Part shown: one piece after another, positions 20,085-31,670 of the stretch
Layout: each line of letters opens with the position of its first letter
How positions within the stretch are numbered: position 1 is the first letter of the stretch
Source of the DNA: an uncultured bacterium
Lineage (GTDB): Bacteria; CSSED10-310; CAZUFC01
Length of the DNA: 64,000 nt
Assembly: GCA_964619725.1 (NCBI GenBank)
Contig: CAZUFC010000001.1
Coordinates: 32,001 to 96,000, forward strand
Direction of reading: 5' to 3'
Notes under the pieces: model-generated
What the model saw: the letters and a program-made list of their open reading frames with translations, nothing else
Told to the model about the DNA's origin: nothing
The model's database searches: none
Made by a program: the position numbers and the translations under genes

Positions 20085-20299
20085 GGCATTGATCAAAAAT
20101 GCGTCTTTTGAGGTTACAATTCGAAATAATATCTCATCATTTTGTTTCGATTGCGATTGAGACCCCGATGCCGACCCCGATACCGATGCCGATGCCGATA
20201 CCAATCCAGACCCCGAACTCAAAACCGAACCCGAACCCGATTACTGAAACAACCTGTAAAAAGTTTTGAAAGAAGTGTAACCCCGGTCTGATCAGTCCC
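20085..20299. mobile_element. MITE-like element A, copy 1
   Basis: Ends GGCATTGATCA...TGATCAGTCCC (imperfect inverted repeat), internal GA(T/C)(A/G/C)CC hexamers; collinear with 31072..31241. Confidence 0.65.
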
Positions 20300-20405
20300 A
20301 TAAATCCGCTTACATAAAGGCTTCAGCGTTACAAATTACGACTCATTCGTAAATCCTTCCCTTCCTTTCCATAAGAAAAAAATCCTCCCGCGTCGCGGTA
20401 TGGAT

Positions 20406-20469
20406 CAAAAACCGCAACGCCTGTCCAGCATTAAGTTTTGAATTGAGCTTCGAGTTTGCGGACAGGCGA
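20406..20469. repeat. REP-like hairpin element B
   Basis: CAAAAACCGCA-ACGCCTGTCC-AGCATTAAGTTTTGAAT..CGAGTTTGC-GGACAGGCG; homologous to 35413..35561. Confidence 0.7.
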
Positions 20470-20656
20470 TGTTCAATGATTAGGATACTTTCAACAACAT
20501 TCCCCTGAACGGGGTTTTTATGTTTCACAAAGGACTCACGTCAAAAAAAGTTATGGAAACGATTTGATTTTTTCCCGTGGTTCATAATAGATTAGATTAT
20601 GGGAGCTTGATGAATTTTTGACAGCGGGTAGGGCTGCTCATCACGGGAGAGTAAAA

Positions 20657-23600
20657 TTGAAAAAAGAGAATATAATTCAAGTCAATGCGGTTTTGACTGT
20701 GATCATTGTGTTTCTGATTGTTTTTTCAGGCGCGGCAGGAGCATGGACGGTAGTGGAGGATTTTGAGCCGCCTCATGAGGAATGGAGGTTCACCAGTTAT
20801 TCGGGCCAGGATCAGCAGCCGAATTTTTTTGATTATTCGGATGATCATGCAGCGGGGGGAACGGATTATTCGTTGAAGATATGGGGCAACTGCTGGAAGC
20901 TTGAAGATATATCTGACAGGGAGGTATATATACACCGGTCGAGCATCTGGCGCATAAGTCTTTATACTCCGTGGAAGGGGACATTGCAGGCATTCGGGAT
21001 TACGGACGGGACTAATGCCGTGATTTATCCGTTGAACAGCAGCGCTGAGCCTCCGGACGGCGAGGAATGGGTGACGGCATATGACGGCTGGAAGGACACG
21101 GAAGATCAATTCAAGTATTACAAGCTGCCGGTTGGAGAGGACTGGTACGACAGGTACGGTGGAGGAGACTGGACGCAGGTAACGGGATTGATATTCATCA
21201 ATGACGAAGATACGGACAACGGGATTGTTTATTTTGATCAGATACTGGATATAACGGAGGACGAGCCGGCACGGCCTGTTGTCGACGCAGGACCCGACAA
21301 GTATGCAGCGGTGGGGGAATCGGTATATTTTGAGGCATCGATCGAGGACCCGGACAGCATAGCTTTTGATTGTTTCTGGGATTTCGGCGACGGTACGGTT
21401 AGCGGAAGCATGACGGCAGAGCATTCATTTTCATCGCCGGGAGGATACAACGTTCTTTTTTGCGCGACCGATGAAAACGGCTGGAAGGATTGCGATTCCC
21501 TTCTGGTTATTGTAGGCGGCGACGATTCTTCCCGGATCGCAAAGCTTCTTTTCGGCGGAGACGCCATGTTTGGAAGGCGATATGAGGATGCCGACGAGGA
21601 CGGCATACCCGGAAACAATGACGGATCGTTGATACTGCCCGGTGATGACGGTGAGGGAGCCCAGGCCATCGGTCACTGGACTCGCCGCCATTCTGCGGAC
21701 CTGAAGATAATCAACCTGGAAACGCCCTTGTCGAACCAGGGTTCACCTCATCCCACCAAGACGTATACTTTCCGCAGCCGCCCGGACTCCGTTGCCGGCT
21801 TGACCGAAAACGGCGCGGACGTGGTGAGTCTGGCCAACAACCACATCATGGACTATGGAGAACAGGCGCTGACCCAGACGATGGATGTCCTTGCCGACCC
21901 TCAGGCTTACAGCGAATATGCCCGTGATTATCCCATAAGTTTCACGGGCGCGGGAAACAGGCGTTATGATGCCGCTTTCCCCGTTACGAAAGCGATAGAC
22001 GGCCTAAGGATCGGTTTCGTGGGATTATGTTCCATTGACGGCGTCAGCAACAATCATCAGCCGTTTCTTCACGCCGGTTACGACAAACCCGGATTCAGTC
22101 AGCTCAATCTGTATAATTTGACCAGAAGCGTTCAGAAATGCGAACAGATGGCTGATTTGACCGTTGTTATGATGCACGGCGGGTATGAATACGAAGTTTC
22201 GCCGTCCGGAACCGTTCTGGAGCTGGCGCATGAAGCCGTCAATTTAGGCGCTGACCTGGTTATTGCGCACCATCCTCATGTGAGCCAGGGAATAGAAATA
22301 TACAACGGCGTTCCTATCGTTTTCAGTCTGGGAAATTACATTTTTGAGCAGAAATTTTTGCGGACCATGAAGACCTTTATGGCTGAAGTGCAGTGCAGTC
22401 GTGACGGAGTATTGAATCTTCTGACGGTACCGGTTTTTATCGAGGATTACGTGCCCAAGTTCGTGGTCGGAGGCACAGGTGATGAGCTGATTTACAGAAT
22501 AGGCGCATTTTCAAGCGAATTCGACACCACGATAATTCCCTGCAGAAGTAAAGGCATAGTCTCATTGACAGGTGATGAATTCGATAAAACATTAATTCCT
22601 TTTGAGGAATCGATACCTCTGACTTACAGGAACCTTATCCAGGACTATGGATCGACTGTGATAGAGCTTTCGCCGGGGCTTCATCTACAGAGCATCGATC
22701 AATTGCATAACGTTCCGGGGTCTTTCAGCGTTTTAACCGGCTATGACCGGCTGGTCTTCGGCAACATGGAGGATGATGACCTGGATGACGAGGTTAACGA
22801 GGGAACAGGATGGGCGCTGGAACCCGGAGCGACTCAGACCATTTCTCAGTATAATCCTTTTGACGGCGAGAACAGTCTCCGCTTACGGCTGCACGAATCA
22901 GCCTATTATCCGACCGAGGTGGAGACCGACGGCCGTATGCCCATCATCCACTCGGAATTATACTCCATATGCGGTTATGCAAGAACGTCTGACGCAGGCA
23001 GTTCCTATGTCGATATTTACTGGATGTATTATCCTTACACCTGGGATTCCTGGGATGATTATCGCCAGGTCTGCTACGGCCCCATTTCGGAATTTAACGA
23101 CTGGCACTGGTTCGACAGTTACTGCCGGGCCCCTTACGATCTGGAGTATGCTCGCGTTCAGGCGCGACAGTATCCGCCCGATGACGGTTCGGACTACGGA
23201 TACTTCTACATGGATAATGTAAGGCTGATCGAGTGGACGGAACATGAACAGCCTTTTATGCCGATGTATTTCAATGCTCCGGGAGGAATAAGATTCATAG
23301 CCGTCAAGGCCGGAAGTTCAGCCGCGGACAGCTCCGTCTCATATACTGTCGCTGAATACGACGCAGAAGATTACGACGAAGACGGACTGTATGATTTCCT
23401 GGAAGATGCAGACGGCGACGGCGTTGTCGATTTCGGTGAAAGCGATCCGATGCTATATGATACGGACGGCGACGGCCTTTCAGACGGCGAGGAATTCTAT
23501 TTCGGCGATGACGGTTATGTGACGTTTGCATATCTGATCGATTCTGACGGCGATATGTTTTCCGATTATCAGGAATGGGATGCCGGAACCGATCCCACCG

Positions 23601-24235
23601 ACGATCAGTCATTCCCCGACTGGCCTACCCCCACTTTTACCGCCACTCTTTCACCGACTCCATCTCCCACCGCATCTCCAACCCGAACGCCTACATCCAC
23701 TCTCACCCCTTACCCGACGTCAACTCTTTCACCGACCCATTCCCCTACCTATACGCCTACACTCACGCCCACCCTATCACCTACTCACACTCCCAGTTTA
23801 ACGCCTACGGATTCTCCCTCCTGGTCTCCCACATCAACCGCCGCGCCGACAGACACCATAACTCCTGTTCAGACCGGTACGCCTGTCCCCCTTCGCAACG
23901 GCGTTCGACTGATCCTCAACGACACATTCTTCCAAGCCGGCGACAACTTTCATCTCCACGTCGAAATTGGCAACGACGGAGCCGACGTATACCTTGACCT
24001 CTATGTCCTGCTCGAAGTCTACGGCGCTTTCTGGTTCTACCCTTCCTGGCTCCAGGAACTGGATTCGGAATTACACTTTGCTTCCTACGGAATTACTCCC
24101 GTACAAATTCTCGATTTCATCTGGCCGGATAATGCCGGACAAATGAACGGCGTTATATTCTGGTCTGCCGTTTTCCACCGGGGCTCCTTCGACATATTCG
24201 GCCATTTTGATTCAGTCGAATGGAATTTCGGTTGA
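20657..24235 (+). CDS. Secreted CapA/PgsA-family metallophosphoesterase-like protein with PKD domain, DxDxDG repeats, Pro/Thr linker and conserved CTD
   Basis: [50 protein letters not shown] (PKD). Likely TTG start 20657 (track gives 20618). Confidence 0.85.
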   Translation: MKKENIIQVNAVLTVIIVFLIVFSGAAGAWTVVEDFEPPHEEWRFTSYSGQDQQPNFFDYSDDHAAGGTDYSLKIWGNCWKLEDISDREVYIHRSSIWRISLYTPWKGTLQAFGITDGTNAVIYPLNSSAEPPDGEEWVTAYDGWKDTEDQFKYYKLPVGEDWYDRYGGGDWTQVTGLIFINDEDTDNGIVYFDQILDITEDEPARPVVDAGPDKYAAVGESVYFEASIEDPDSIAFDCFWDFGDGTVSGSMTAEHSFSSPGGYNVLFCATDENGWKDCDSLLVIVGGDDSSRIAKLLFGGDAMFGRRYEDADEDGIPGNNDGSLILPGDDGEGAQAIGHWTRRHSADLKIINLETPLSNQGSPHPTKTYTFRSRPDSVAGLTENGADVVSLANNHIMDYGEQALTQTMDVLADPQAYSEYARDYPISFTGAGNRRYDAAFPVTKAIDGLRIGFVGLCSIDGVSNNHQPFLHAGYDKPGFSQLNLYNLTRSVQKCEQMADLTVVMMHGGYEYEVSPSGTVLELAHEAVNLGADLVIAHHPHVSQGIEIYNGVPIVFSLGNYIFEQKFLRTMKTFMAEVQCSRDGVLNLLTVPVFIEDYVPKFVVGGTGDELIYRIGAFSSEFDTTIIPCRSKGIVSLTGDEFDKTLIPFEESIPLTYRNLIQDYGSTVIELSPGLHLQSIDQLHNVPGSFSVLTGYDRLVFGNMEDDDLDDEVNEGTGWALEPGATQTISQYNPFDGENSLRLRLHESAYYPTEVETDGRMPIIHSELYSICGYARTSDAGSSYVDIYWMYYPYTWDSWDDYRQVCYGPISEFNDWHWFDSYCRAPYDLEYARVQARQYPPDDGSDYGYFYMDNVRLIEWTEHEQPFMPMYFNAPGGIRFIAVKAGSSAADSSVSYTVAEYDAEDYDEDGLYDFLEDADGDGVVDFGESDPMLYDTDGDGLSDGEEFYFGDDGYVTFAYLIDSDGDMFSDYQEWDAGTDPTDDQSFPDWPTPTFTATLSPTPSPTASPTRTPTSTLTPYPTSTLSPTHSPTYTPTLTPTLSPTHTPSLTPTDSPSWSPTSTAAPTDTITPVQTGTPVPLRNGVRLILNDTFFQAGDNFHLHVEIGNDGADVYLDLYVLLEVYGAFWFYPSWLQELDSELHFASYGITPVQILDFIWPDNAGQMNGVIFWSAVFHRGSFDIFGHFDSVEWNFG

Positions 24236-24549
24236 TGAAATTTGCTTTTAATACCTCGTTTAATATTATTATGCTTGACGGGCTCGCGAGTTTTAAGCCC
24301 CATATTCGACAGTTTTCCACGCCGGCTCAGCCGACATTGCTTGAGAAAAATTGTGAATTGTATGACGAAATGCGACAATCGAAAAAACAATACTAATAGA
24401 AAAAAGTTCTTCCGCTCGATGAGGTTTTTGGAGGGGCTAAAAACGGCACAATCTTTATGCCGACTCGCATTGTGAATACAACTAATTCAACAGCTCAGGA
24501 TATCTTTGTCAAGATTGCTGCACCTGCTTTTTCGCTCCAGGGTAAAGGA

Positions 24550-27519
24550 ATGAATACTAAAAACAAAAAACAGATTTTTGCGCTTTCAGCTCCTGCTGTC
24601 ATATTGGCAGCGTTCATCGTTCTGACGGTCCTTCAACCGGCCTTTTGCCTCGCTCAATCGCTGCAGGACCGTTGGATAGTCCGGATTACTCTTTCAGAAT
24701 ACCTGGAAATGGCCGGCCGGCATGAAGATTGGTTTGGAGATATATTCGACGTTGTGGGGCGGTCACAGGAAGATCAAACCGTCGATGTGCTGACGGAGGC
24801 AGATGGTCTTGAAGCATTGGAAGCCAGGTTCGGAACTATGCGTATCGTAATGACGCCCGGGGAAATCAATGACAGGGACATTGATCCGCAATACCTCAAT
24901 TATGATGAGCTGGAAGGGCTTTTGACCGATTATGCTGCGGATTACCCGGATATCACGGAATTGCATGATCTGGGAACCACGCATGAAAACCGGACAATCT
25001 GGGGCATTAAAATTTCCGATAATGCTGAAACCATTGAGGACGAACCCTCCATACTGATAATGGGGTTGCACCACGCCCGGGAAATCATGTCGACGGAAAT
25101 CGCTGTGGACGTCGTGGAACAACTTACCGGATATTACGGATCAGACCCCGACGTCGACAGATGGGTGGAGGAACTGCAGATATGGGTCGTTCCTATGGTC
25201 AATCCTGACGGCAGCGCTTACTGCTGGAGCGACGACATGTGGTGGACCAAAAACAGAAGAGAAAACATCGACGGCTCCTATGGCGTTGACTTGGACCATA
25301 ATTATCCGTTCCAGTGGGGCGAATGTTTCGGGTCCAGCAGCGATCCTGAGAGCGCGGGATACCGCGGTCCCGAACCGGGTTCTGAACCGGAAGTGCAAGC
25401 GATAATGAACCTGGCTTCTCAATATCGCTTCATCCTGGCGCTTTCCTACCACAGCTTTGACGAATTGCTCATCATGCCGTACGGTTGCAGCTTTCAGTAT
25501 GTCCCGGACCGTTTCGCCCTCCAGAATTACGGCAACCGGATCGCTCAGGAAATACGAAAGGAAAACGGCTATTACGGATATGATGCCGGCGTCTGGTGGG
25601 AAATCCTTTATCCTACGGACGGAGTGGAAACGGACTGGTTCTACGGCGAATGGGGAACGTTCTGCTACCAGATTGAAGTTAACGCGGAAAGTTATTATCC
25701 TCCTTATTCGCTCAGGGATGAAACCGTGGAACGTAACCGTCCGGGATGGCAGAAGATGCTGGACCTGGCGCTGGACGGGAGCATGATCACAGGACATATC
25801 TTTGATGAATGCACGGGCGAGCCCCTGTCAGCCGCTTATTCGGTCGAAGAAATAACCCTGGAAAACGGCGAAAAAGAAAGAATGTCCGATCCGCTCTTCG
25901 GCAGTTTCTATTATCCCGCTTTACCTCTGGCTTATCATCTCTGCGTTTCTGCAGAGGGTTATGCTGAAAGAATACGCTTCGTCTCCTTAAGCGATGAACC
26001 GCTGTCAGTCGAACTGGGGATTGTGCCGCTGGATGAGTTCGGACTGCTTTACGAAACCAATACTGTATACGATCAGGAGGGCGACGACGACAGGACCCTC
26101 GATCCCGGGGAAACAGCGAATCTCATGGTCGCCGTCAGATCGCCGGGGTATGGCCTGTCGGGCATATCGGCCCTGCTGACCTCAGATGATTCCTATATCG
26201 ACATCATAACCGACACCGCATACGTCGGCGATCTTTTCGGAGGCCAATTGGGTTGGACCCTCGATACGGGATTCAGAATACACGCTTCTCCTTATACGCC
26301 CGATAATCATATCGCTGATTTTAATCTGTTTCTCTCTTCAGACCAGCCTTTATGCGACGATGTGGAACATTTTGAATTAAAAATCTGCAGCTATGTGGAC
26401 GTTTGTCCTCTCTACGAAGAATCCCTTGATTCAAACCCCCAGTGGGATATCGAAAATACCGGCGAAGGGGGATGGGAATTCGGCATACCCGCAACCGGTC
26501 CGCCGGGACCTTACACCGGAAACTTCGTTTACGGAACCAACCTTACCGGGCACTACGGAGACAACGGTTTTTATCAGTTGACTTCCGATCCTTTCGACTG
26601 CTCCGAACTTTCCCAGACTGAACTTCGTTTCATGCGATGGCTGCACAATGAGGAGAACTACGATGAAGCCTACGTGCAGGTCAGCGCCGACGGTTCCAAT
26701 TTCATTACCGTTTACGAAGGATATGAAAGCGACGCCCAATGGATGGATATGCGCTACGACATCGCTTCGGTAGCTGACGGGGAAGACTCCGTGTACGTCC
26801 GGTTCATCCTGGATACCGACGTCAGCATAAACTGGGAAGGCTTCTATATCGACGATTTGAAAATTTGCGGACGTTTTGAAGGTCAGGTCCCGCCCACATT
26901 CATTCCCACGGAATCGCCCATGCCGACCTTCTCAACCCGGACGCCTACACCCACGCCCACTTCATCACCCACTCTCTCACCCACAGAAACCTGCTCGCCG
27001 CCGCCCACAGCCACACCGACCGTCACATCTTCGCCTACCCTTTCGCCTACGCCTTCGTCTACTCCCACGCGCTCGCCTACCCGCACAGTAACCCGGACCC
27101 CTACCGCCACTTCCAGCCCCACACTTACCGCTACACCCAGCGGAACACCTGAAATGTCGCCTACTCCCGCTGAATTCTTCCTTACCGATATACAACTCAG
27201 CCAGAACCTTTTCCACGCCGGAGACATGTTTATTCTCAACCTTGAAATCAAAAGAAACGGTCCGGCCGTCGACGTGATGATATTTATTATTCTGGACGTC
27301 TGGAACGATTATTTCTTCTGGCCGGGTTGGACGCCTGAAGCCGACTGGCAGGAAGAACACATATATCACGGCTATTCCGACATGACCAATATCCTTTCAT
27401 TCATCTGGCCGGACGATGCCGGAGCCGCCCAGGGACTGAGATTCTGGGCCGGCTGCGTCAACCAGGCCGATAATGATTTGATCGGCAATATCGATTTTGA
27501 GGACTTCAGTTATGAATAA
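24550..27519 (+). CDS. Secreted M14 zinc carboxypeptidase (carboxypeptidase T-like) with Pro/Thr linker and conserved CTD
   Basis: [32 protein letters not shown]. Likely ATG 24550 after AAAGGA (track gives 24457). Confidence 0.88.
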   Translation: MNTKNKKQIFALSAPAVILAAFIVLTVLQPAFCLAQSLQDRWIVRITLSEYLEMAGRHEDWFGDIFDVVGRSQEDQTVDVLTEADGLEALEARFGTMRIVMTPGEINDRDIDPQYLNYDELEGLLTDYAADYPDITELHDLGTTHENRTIWGIKISDNAETIEDEPSILIMGLHHAREIMSTEIAVDVVEQLTGYYGSDPDVDRWVEELQIWVVPMVNPDGSAYCWSDDMWWTKNRRENIDGSYGVDLDHNYPFQWGECFGSSSDPESAGYRGPEPGSEPEVQAIMNLASQYRFILALSYHSFDELLIMPYGCSFQYVPDRFALQNYGNRIAQEIRKENGYYGYDAGVWWEILYPTDGVETDWFYGEWGTFCYQIEVNAESYYPPYSLRDETVERNRPGWQKMLDLALDGSMITGHIFDECTGEPLSAAYSVEEITLENGEKERMSDPLFGSFYYPALPLAYHLCVSAEGYAERIRFVSLSDEPLSVELGIVPLDEFGLLYETNTVYDQEGDDDRTLDPGETANLMVAVRSPGYGLSGISALLTSDDSYIDIITDTAYVGDLFGGQLGWTLDTGFRIHASPYTPDNHIADFNLFLSSDQPLCDDVEHFELKICSYVDVCPLYEESLDSNPQWDIENTGEGGWEFGIPATGPPGPYTGNFVYGTNLTGHYGDNGFYQLTSDPFDCSELSQTELRFMRWLHNEENYDEAYVQVSADGSNFITVYEGYESDAQWMDMRYDIASVADGEDSVYVRFILDTDVSINWEGFYIDDLKICGRFEGQVPPTFIPTESPMPTFSTRTPTPTPTSSPTLSPTETCSPPPTATPTVTSSPTLSPTPSSTPTRSPTRTVTRTPTATSSPTLTATPSGTPEMSPTPAEFFLTDIQLSQNLFHAGDMFILNLEIKRNGPAVDVMIFIILDVWNDYFFWPGWTPEADWQEEHIYHGYSDMTNILSFIWPDDAGAAQGLRFWAGCVNQADNDLIGNIDFEDFSYE

Positions 27520-27633
27520 TACTATTTTGTTTGCTTTATTACGCCTTTCGAAAAAATATAAATTGAATCGAACTTGTCCTGCAGAATTCTCTTTTTATCC
27601 TCAGCTTTTTTTTCAACATGGAGGATGCAAATT

Positions 27634-30357
27634 ATGAAAAAAATCGGCCTATTGACGGTTGCCATCGGATTCCTGGGCATAATTGCAGCCGGAACTGCCG
27701 CTCAAGCCGGCATATTCGGCGACGGCTACTCCCTTAAGGTTACTAAAAACGACAGGGAAACCAGAGTCTCCATTAAGATAAAAATCGACGACTTTCAACT
27801 TTCTACTAAACGTGTGCAGGGAGTTCCCTATACCATACCTGTAATAGCCGATGCCGGATACGCCGGCGCTCCGGGCGAACCTTATCTCCCCATTATCGGT
27901 CATTTCATACAAATATCAGACACTCAAAGGGCGGAACTCTCAATGACCGAACTTAAAACCGCCGAGTATTTCCTGGATTCTGAAATATTGCCTGTCCAGG
28001 ATGACCAGGAACCTGTCGATGTAAACAGGATAACGAGTTACGACGAAACAGCTTACTCAAGTTCACATATTTTACCGGAAAAGACCGTTTTCATAAGCAA
28101 GCCTATGATATTGAGAGACGTCCGCGTGGTTCAGCTCGGATATTGTCCTGTCCGTTACGATCCTGTAAGGAATTCTATAATGTTGATCGAAGAGGCTGAA
28201 GTGCATCTGACCATGCAGGGTCCGGACGACGTAAACGTAAAAACCGTCAACCGGGGGATCACGCCGTCCTGGAAAAAGTTGTATGAAGCTGTTGTGATAA
28301 ATTTTGAGCGAGGTTCGAATGATCGAACGGGCGAACTGGAGCATTACCTGCTGGTGATGCCGGACGAATACGAATCGAGATGCCAGGCTTTTATACACTG
28401 GAAGGAGGAGCAGGGATACATCGTGGATATTCTGCGTCTTTCGGAAATCGACGATAATCCTACGACTTACCAGGTGAAAACGGCCATAAGGGATATATAT
28501 GAAAGTGCCTCGCAGCCTTCCTACATGATACTTTTCGGCAATCACAACAACTTTCCTCTGGCTGAATCATACGATAATTACATGCCCGGATGGTATACCG
28601 ACGACGTTTATTATACCTTGATGGAAGGCGACGATTTCCTGCCTGATATATGCAGTTCCCGCATCCCCGCAGAAACGCCCAACGGCGCATCAGTGATATT
28701 GAATCGCGACCTCTACTGGGAACTCACCCCCAATTTGGATAACGAAGAATATTATAAGTCGGCTCTCATGGCCTGTTCGGGACTCTATCAGAGCCAGCAG
28801 ACCGTTAAAGAGCAAAATGCCGTCAGACTCACGGATTATCTGGACTACGAATCGATCCATACCATGTATGACTGGACCGGCCAGTCGCTGAGCCAGGTTA
28901 AAAGCTGGATAAACGACGGAGTTTCGATCATCAATTACCGGGGCGAAGGGTGGCAGTCCGGATGGAACCCCGGACACGCCTACAGCTTCCACTATGACGA
29001 CGTCTGGACATTGCAGAATGAAGACCGTTTTCCCATCATAACCAGCGTGGGATGCGGCGTCAGTATGTTCGGCGACGGTTCAACATGCTTCAGCGAAGCC
29101 TGGATTCTTCTGGGCGACATGATTACCGTCAGAGGCGCTGCCGCCATATACGGTCCCTCCTGGAATACGCGCACCACCTTCAACAACTGGATGGACAGGG
29201 GCATCTACCGCGGGTTCGCCTATCACGACGTCAACCAGCTTGGAATGGCTTGTCTCTACGGAAAACTATACATGTACAACCATTTCCCGGAACCGCAAAA
29301 CCAGGGATACAATGAAACTCACATCAGGCAATATGTCCTTTTCGGCGCACCCGATATTTGGTGGAGAACAGAATTGCCCCGGGAACCGCTCGTAGGACTG
29401 ACATTTTATCCCGGCTCTTCAAGACCCGCCGTGTGGGTCAGACAGGGGCACAACAAACATATCTGCCCCAACGCACTGCTCAGCGTCATGCTTGAAGACG
29501 ACCGGAGAACATTCTTTACCGACCACGGCGGAGGACATTCCATTACCATCTACGGCATTTGGGAAGAAGAAGGCTTCGACCTCACCGTATCAGGCTTTAA
29601 CCTCCTGCCTTACCAGACATTCATTGAACTCCCCTGGCAACTCAATCCCGACCGAAACCTCATCATAACAGAAATCAAACCCGATATCCCCACCACAGGC
29701 TCCCAAGGCGATATGGTCGAATTGTACAATAACGGCGATGCCGACATCGATCTCCACCGCTGGATCATGACCGACCTCGACGGTTACGATGCCGTCATTA
29801 TTCAGGACCACGCCATACTGCAACCGCAAAAAATCGCAGTCATTGAATTCGTCGGTCCAAACGGCCAGGAAACTATCCAAGAAACTGATTACGGTTTCCG
29901 CATTACTTCGACCGCCTTGCCCTGCTTCTCCTCACTGGAAGACCAGGCCGTCCTAAGAAGCCCCACAGGCATCCCCGTCGACAGCATCGTATGGACGGAC
30001 AAAACAGGACAATCCGCCACCAATGAAGCCCTCGACATGTCAAGATTAACCCCTCCCACCGCACCCTACGACGCAATGGATGAGGAAGCCTGGTGGTCCG
30101 CTCCAGACGAAATATCGCAAATGACTTACGAAAACTACGCCGTCGACTGGTCGGAATTCGCAGGCAACGGAGGCCCAGGATCAATCCAACGAATTTATCA
30201 ACCCGTAAACGCCCTCACTGACCCCGCTGCCCTGCCGGACGACCGCTACGACAGCAAAGACGACTTTATCGTCTCTTCATCGGATAGTTTCGGACAATAC
30301 GGCGCTGCTAATAATCGACTACGACCCGGCTCATTTCTTCGTGTCGACAGCAAATAA
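27634..30357 (+). CDS. C25 (gingipain-like) peptidase homologue with propeptide and a C-terminal lamin-tail-like domain
   Basis: Propeptide (GAPGEPYLP; PMILRDVRVVQL..CPVRYDP), WKEEQGY, YTDDVYYTLMEGDDFLPD, GVSIINYRGEG, SVGC. ATG 27634 after GGAGG. Confidence 0.85.
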   Translation: MKKIGLLTVAIGFLGIIAAGTAAQAGIFGDGYSLKVTKNDRETRVSIKIKIDDFQLSTKRVQGVPYTIPVIADAGYAGAPGEPYLPIIGHFIQISDTQRAELSMTELKTAEYFLDSEILPVQDDQEPVDVNRITSYDETAYSSSHILPEKTVFISKPMILRDVRVVQLGYCPVRYDPVRNSIMLIEEAEVHLTMQGPDDVNVKTVNRGITPSWKKLYEAVVINFERGSNDRTGELEHYLLVMPDEYESRCQAFIHWKEEQGYIVDILRLSEIDDNPTTYQVKTAIRDIYESASQPSYMILFGNHNNFPLAESYDNYMPGWYTDDVYYTLMEGDDFLPDICSSRIPAETPNGASVILNRDLYWELTPNLDNEEYYKSALMACSGLYQSQQTVKEQNAVRLTDYLDYESIHTMYDWTGQSLSQVKSWINDGVSIINYRGEGWQSGWNPGHAYSFHYDDVWTLQNEDRFPIITSVGCGVSMFGDGSTCFSEAWILLGDMITVRGAAAIYGPSWNTRTTFNNWMDRGIYRGFAYHDVNQLGMACLYGKLYMYNHFPEPQNQGYNETHIRQYVLFGAPDIWWRTELPREPLVGLTFYPGSSRPAVWVRQGHNKHICPNALLSVMLEDDRRTFFTDHGGGHSITIYGIWEEEGFDLTVSGFNLLPYQTFIELPWQLNPDRNLIITEIKPDIPTTGSQGDMVELYNNGDADIDLHRWIMTDLDGYDAVIIQDHAILQPQKIAVIEFVGPNGQETIQETDYGFRITSTALPCFSSLEDQAVLRSPTGIPVDSIVWTDKTGQSATNEALDMSRLTPPTAPYDAMDEEAWWSAPDEISQMTYENYAVDWSEFAGNGGPGSIQRIYQPVNALTDPAALPDDRYDSKDDFIVSSSDSFGQYGAANNRLRPGSFLRVDSK

Positions 30358-30783
30358 ACCGCCGCCCCCCTCCGAAAAAACATCATCCAAGTCGGAAAGC
30401 CTCGTGCCTTCCAAATAATCCCGGAACAGCTTCTGCATCTTGCCCAGAACTCCACCGAATATGCACTTCTTTCCGTCACATACTGACTCGTCGAACAAAC
30501 ACGCCCGCAAAACCGGCGGCCCTTCTATCGCTTCGTATAGCTCCATGAGCGTTATCGAATCAGCTTCCCGGCCTAATACGAATCCGCCGCGAGGGCCTCT
30601 CGTCGATTTAACCAACCCCGTTTTCGACAACCTCTGGAGCACCTTGGATAAATGAGCAGCCGATACATTGAGTCGTTCTGAAATTTGACGGGTCGTCAGC
30701 GATTTGCCTTTATTTGATGCCAGCAATGCCGCCGCATGAAACGCTATCGTCGACGCCTCCGATAATCGAAATATTCCCGACAT
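30331..30783 (-). CDS. Rrf2-family transcriptional regulator with three Cys (probable Fe-S)
   Basis: HLSKVLQRL..GLVKSTRGPRGGFVL; C-LFDESV-C-DGKK-C. Confidence 0.92.
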   Translation of the reverse strand: MSGIFRLSEASTIAFHAAALLASNKGKSLTTRQISERLNVSAAHLSKVLQRLSKTGLVKSTRGPRGGFVLGREADSITLMELYEAIEGPPVLRACLFDESVCDGKKCIFGGVLGKMQKLFRDYLEGTRLSDLDDVFSEGGGGLFAVDTKK

Positions 30784-31071
30784 CCTACCTCCTCTTCACT
30801 TGCTCCTCTTTCTTTTACTCCAAATATCCCTTCCATTTCAACCATTGCTGTATCGAAATGATGAAAGCCCCTGTTACCGACAATCGATTAAGGGGAAGAA
30901 GACCCGCTGGAACAGTCTCCGACCCCTCCGCAAAGAAAGAACTCAGCATAAAAGCCGAAAAAAAAATCGTATACGGTCATAAAGACTTGACGGCTCATCT
31001 CGGCGTGTTCGATATTCACACCGGGAAAGCGGCAGGATGCCGCTTCTACATTTAATTCTTCGATTATTATT

Positions 31072-31241
31072 GGCATTGATCAAAAAATCGTCTTTTGAGG
31101 TTAAAATTCTACAGAAACTCACATCATTTTATTTCGAATTTGATCCCGGCGATACCGATTCAGACCCCGATAACGAATCCGATCACTGAAACAAACTGTC
31201 GAAAGTTTTGAAACAAGTGTAACCTCTGTTTGATCAGTCCC
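31072..31241. mobile_element. MITE-like element A, copy 2
   Basis: Same termini and blocks as 20085..20299 (CGTCTTTTGAGGTTA, ACTGAAACAA.CTGT, AAAGTTTTGAAA.AAGTGTAACC) with a shorter hexamer tract. Confidence 0.65.
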
Positions 31242-31477
31242 CGGTTTTCAATGAAATTTGCTTTCTTCCGACATCTGAGATTCAGCATTCTGCAGTGTTT
31301 CGTTCAGCTCTATAGAATCCATACGTTGCGGGGACGGACAGGCGATGTGATTTTATAAACAAAAACTGGCTACTTTTATTCTGCCAGGTAGGTCTTTTTC
31401 TTGATCGGTTCTGAATGCTGCGGCTTAATGATCGCAGCGGTTTCAATTTATGAAACAAAAAAAAATTAAAAAAAGTC

Positions 31478-31505
31478 TTGACACAAAAAATTATTCTGGT
31501 ATTCT
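31478..31505 (+). promoter_or_regulatory. Putative sigma70 promoter with A-rich UP element
   Basis: TTGACA-N16-TATTCT preceded by A-tracts. Confidence 0.55.
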
Positions 31506-31670
31506 AATACCACAATGCTGTTTCGGCTTGCGCCGGAGGGCATTGCTGATGAAACGAGGATGCAGGTCTTTCGTTAAGGACGTTTGAAGGGCCTGTTGGA
31601 TAAAAAGAAAAACTGATCGGTTCAGAGGGGCTATTCCGATGAACTGATTTAATTTGAAGGGAGACAAATC

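Noticed and set aside
24442-24460. Sigma54 promoter (CGGCACAATCTTTATGC)
   Set aside because: The GC is 12 nt rather than 10 nt from the GG.
26883-27251. Val/Gly-rich antisense ORF, and similar ORFs opposite the Pro/Thr linkers and collagen repeat
   Set aside because: These are shadows of low-complexity coding sequence on the other strand.
30331-30357. Convergent 3' overlaps (also 53207-53220)
   Set aside because: Short tail-to-tail overlaps are common.
31546-31580. Hammerhead ribozyme (CTGATGA followed by a stem)
   Set aside because: The required GAAA after stem II is absent.
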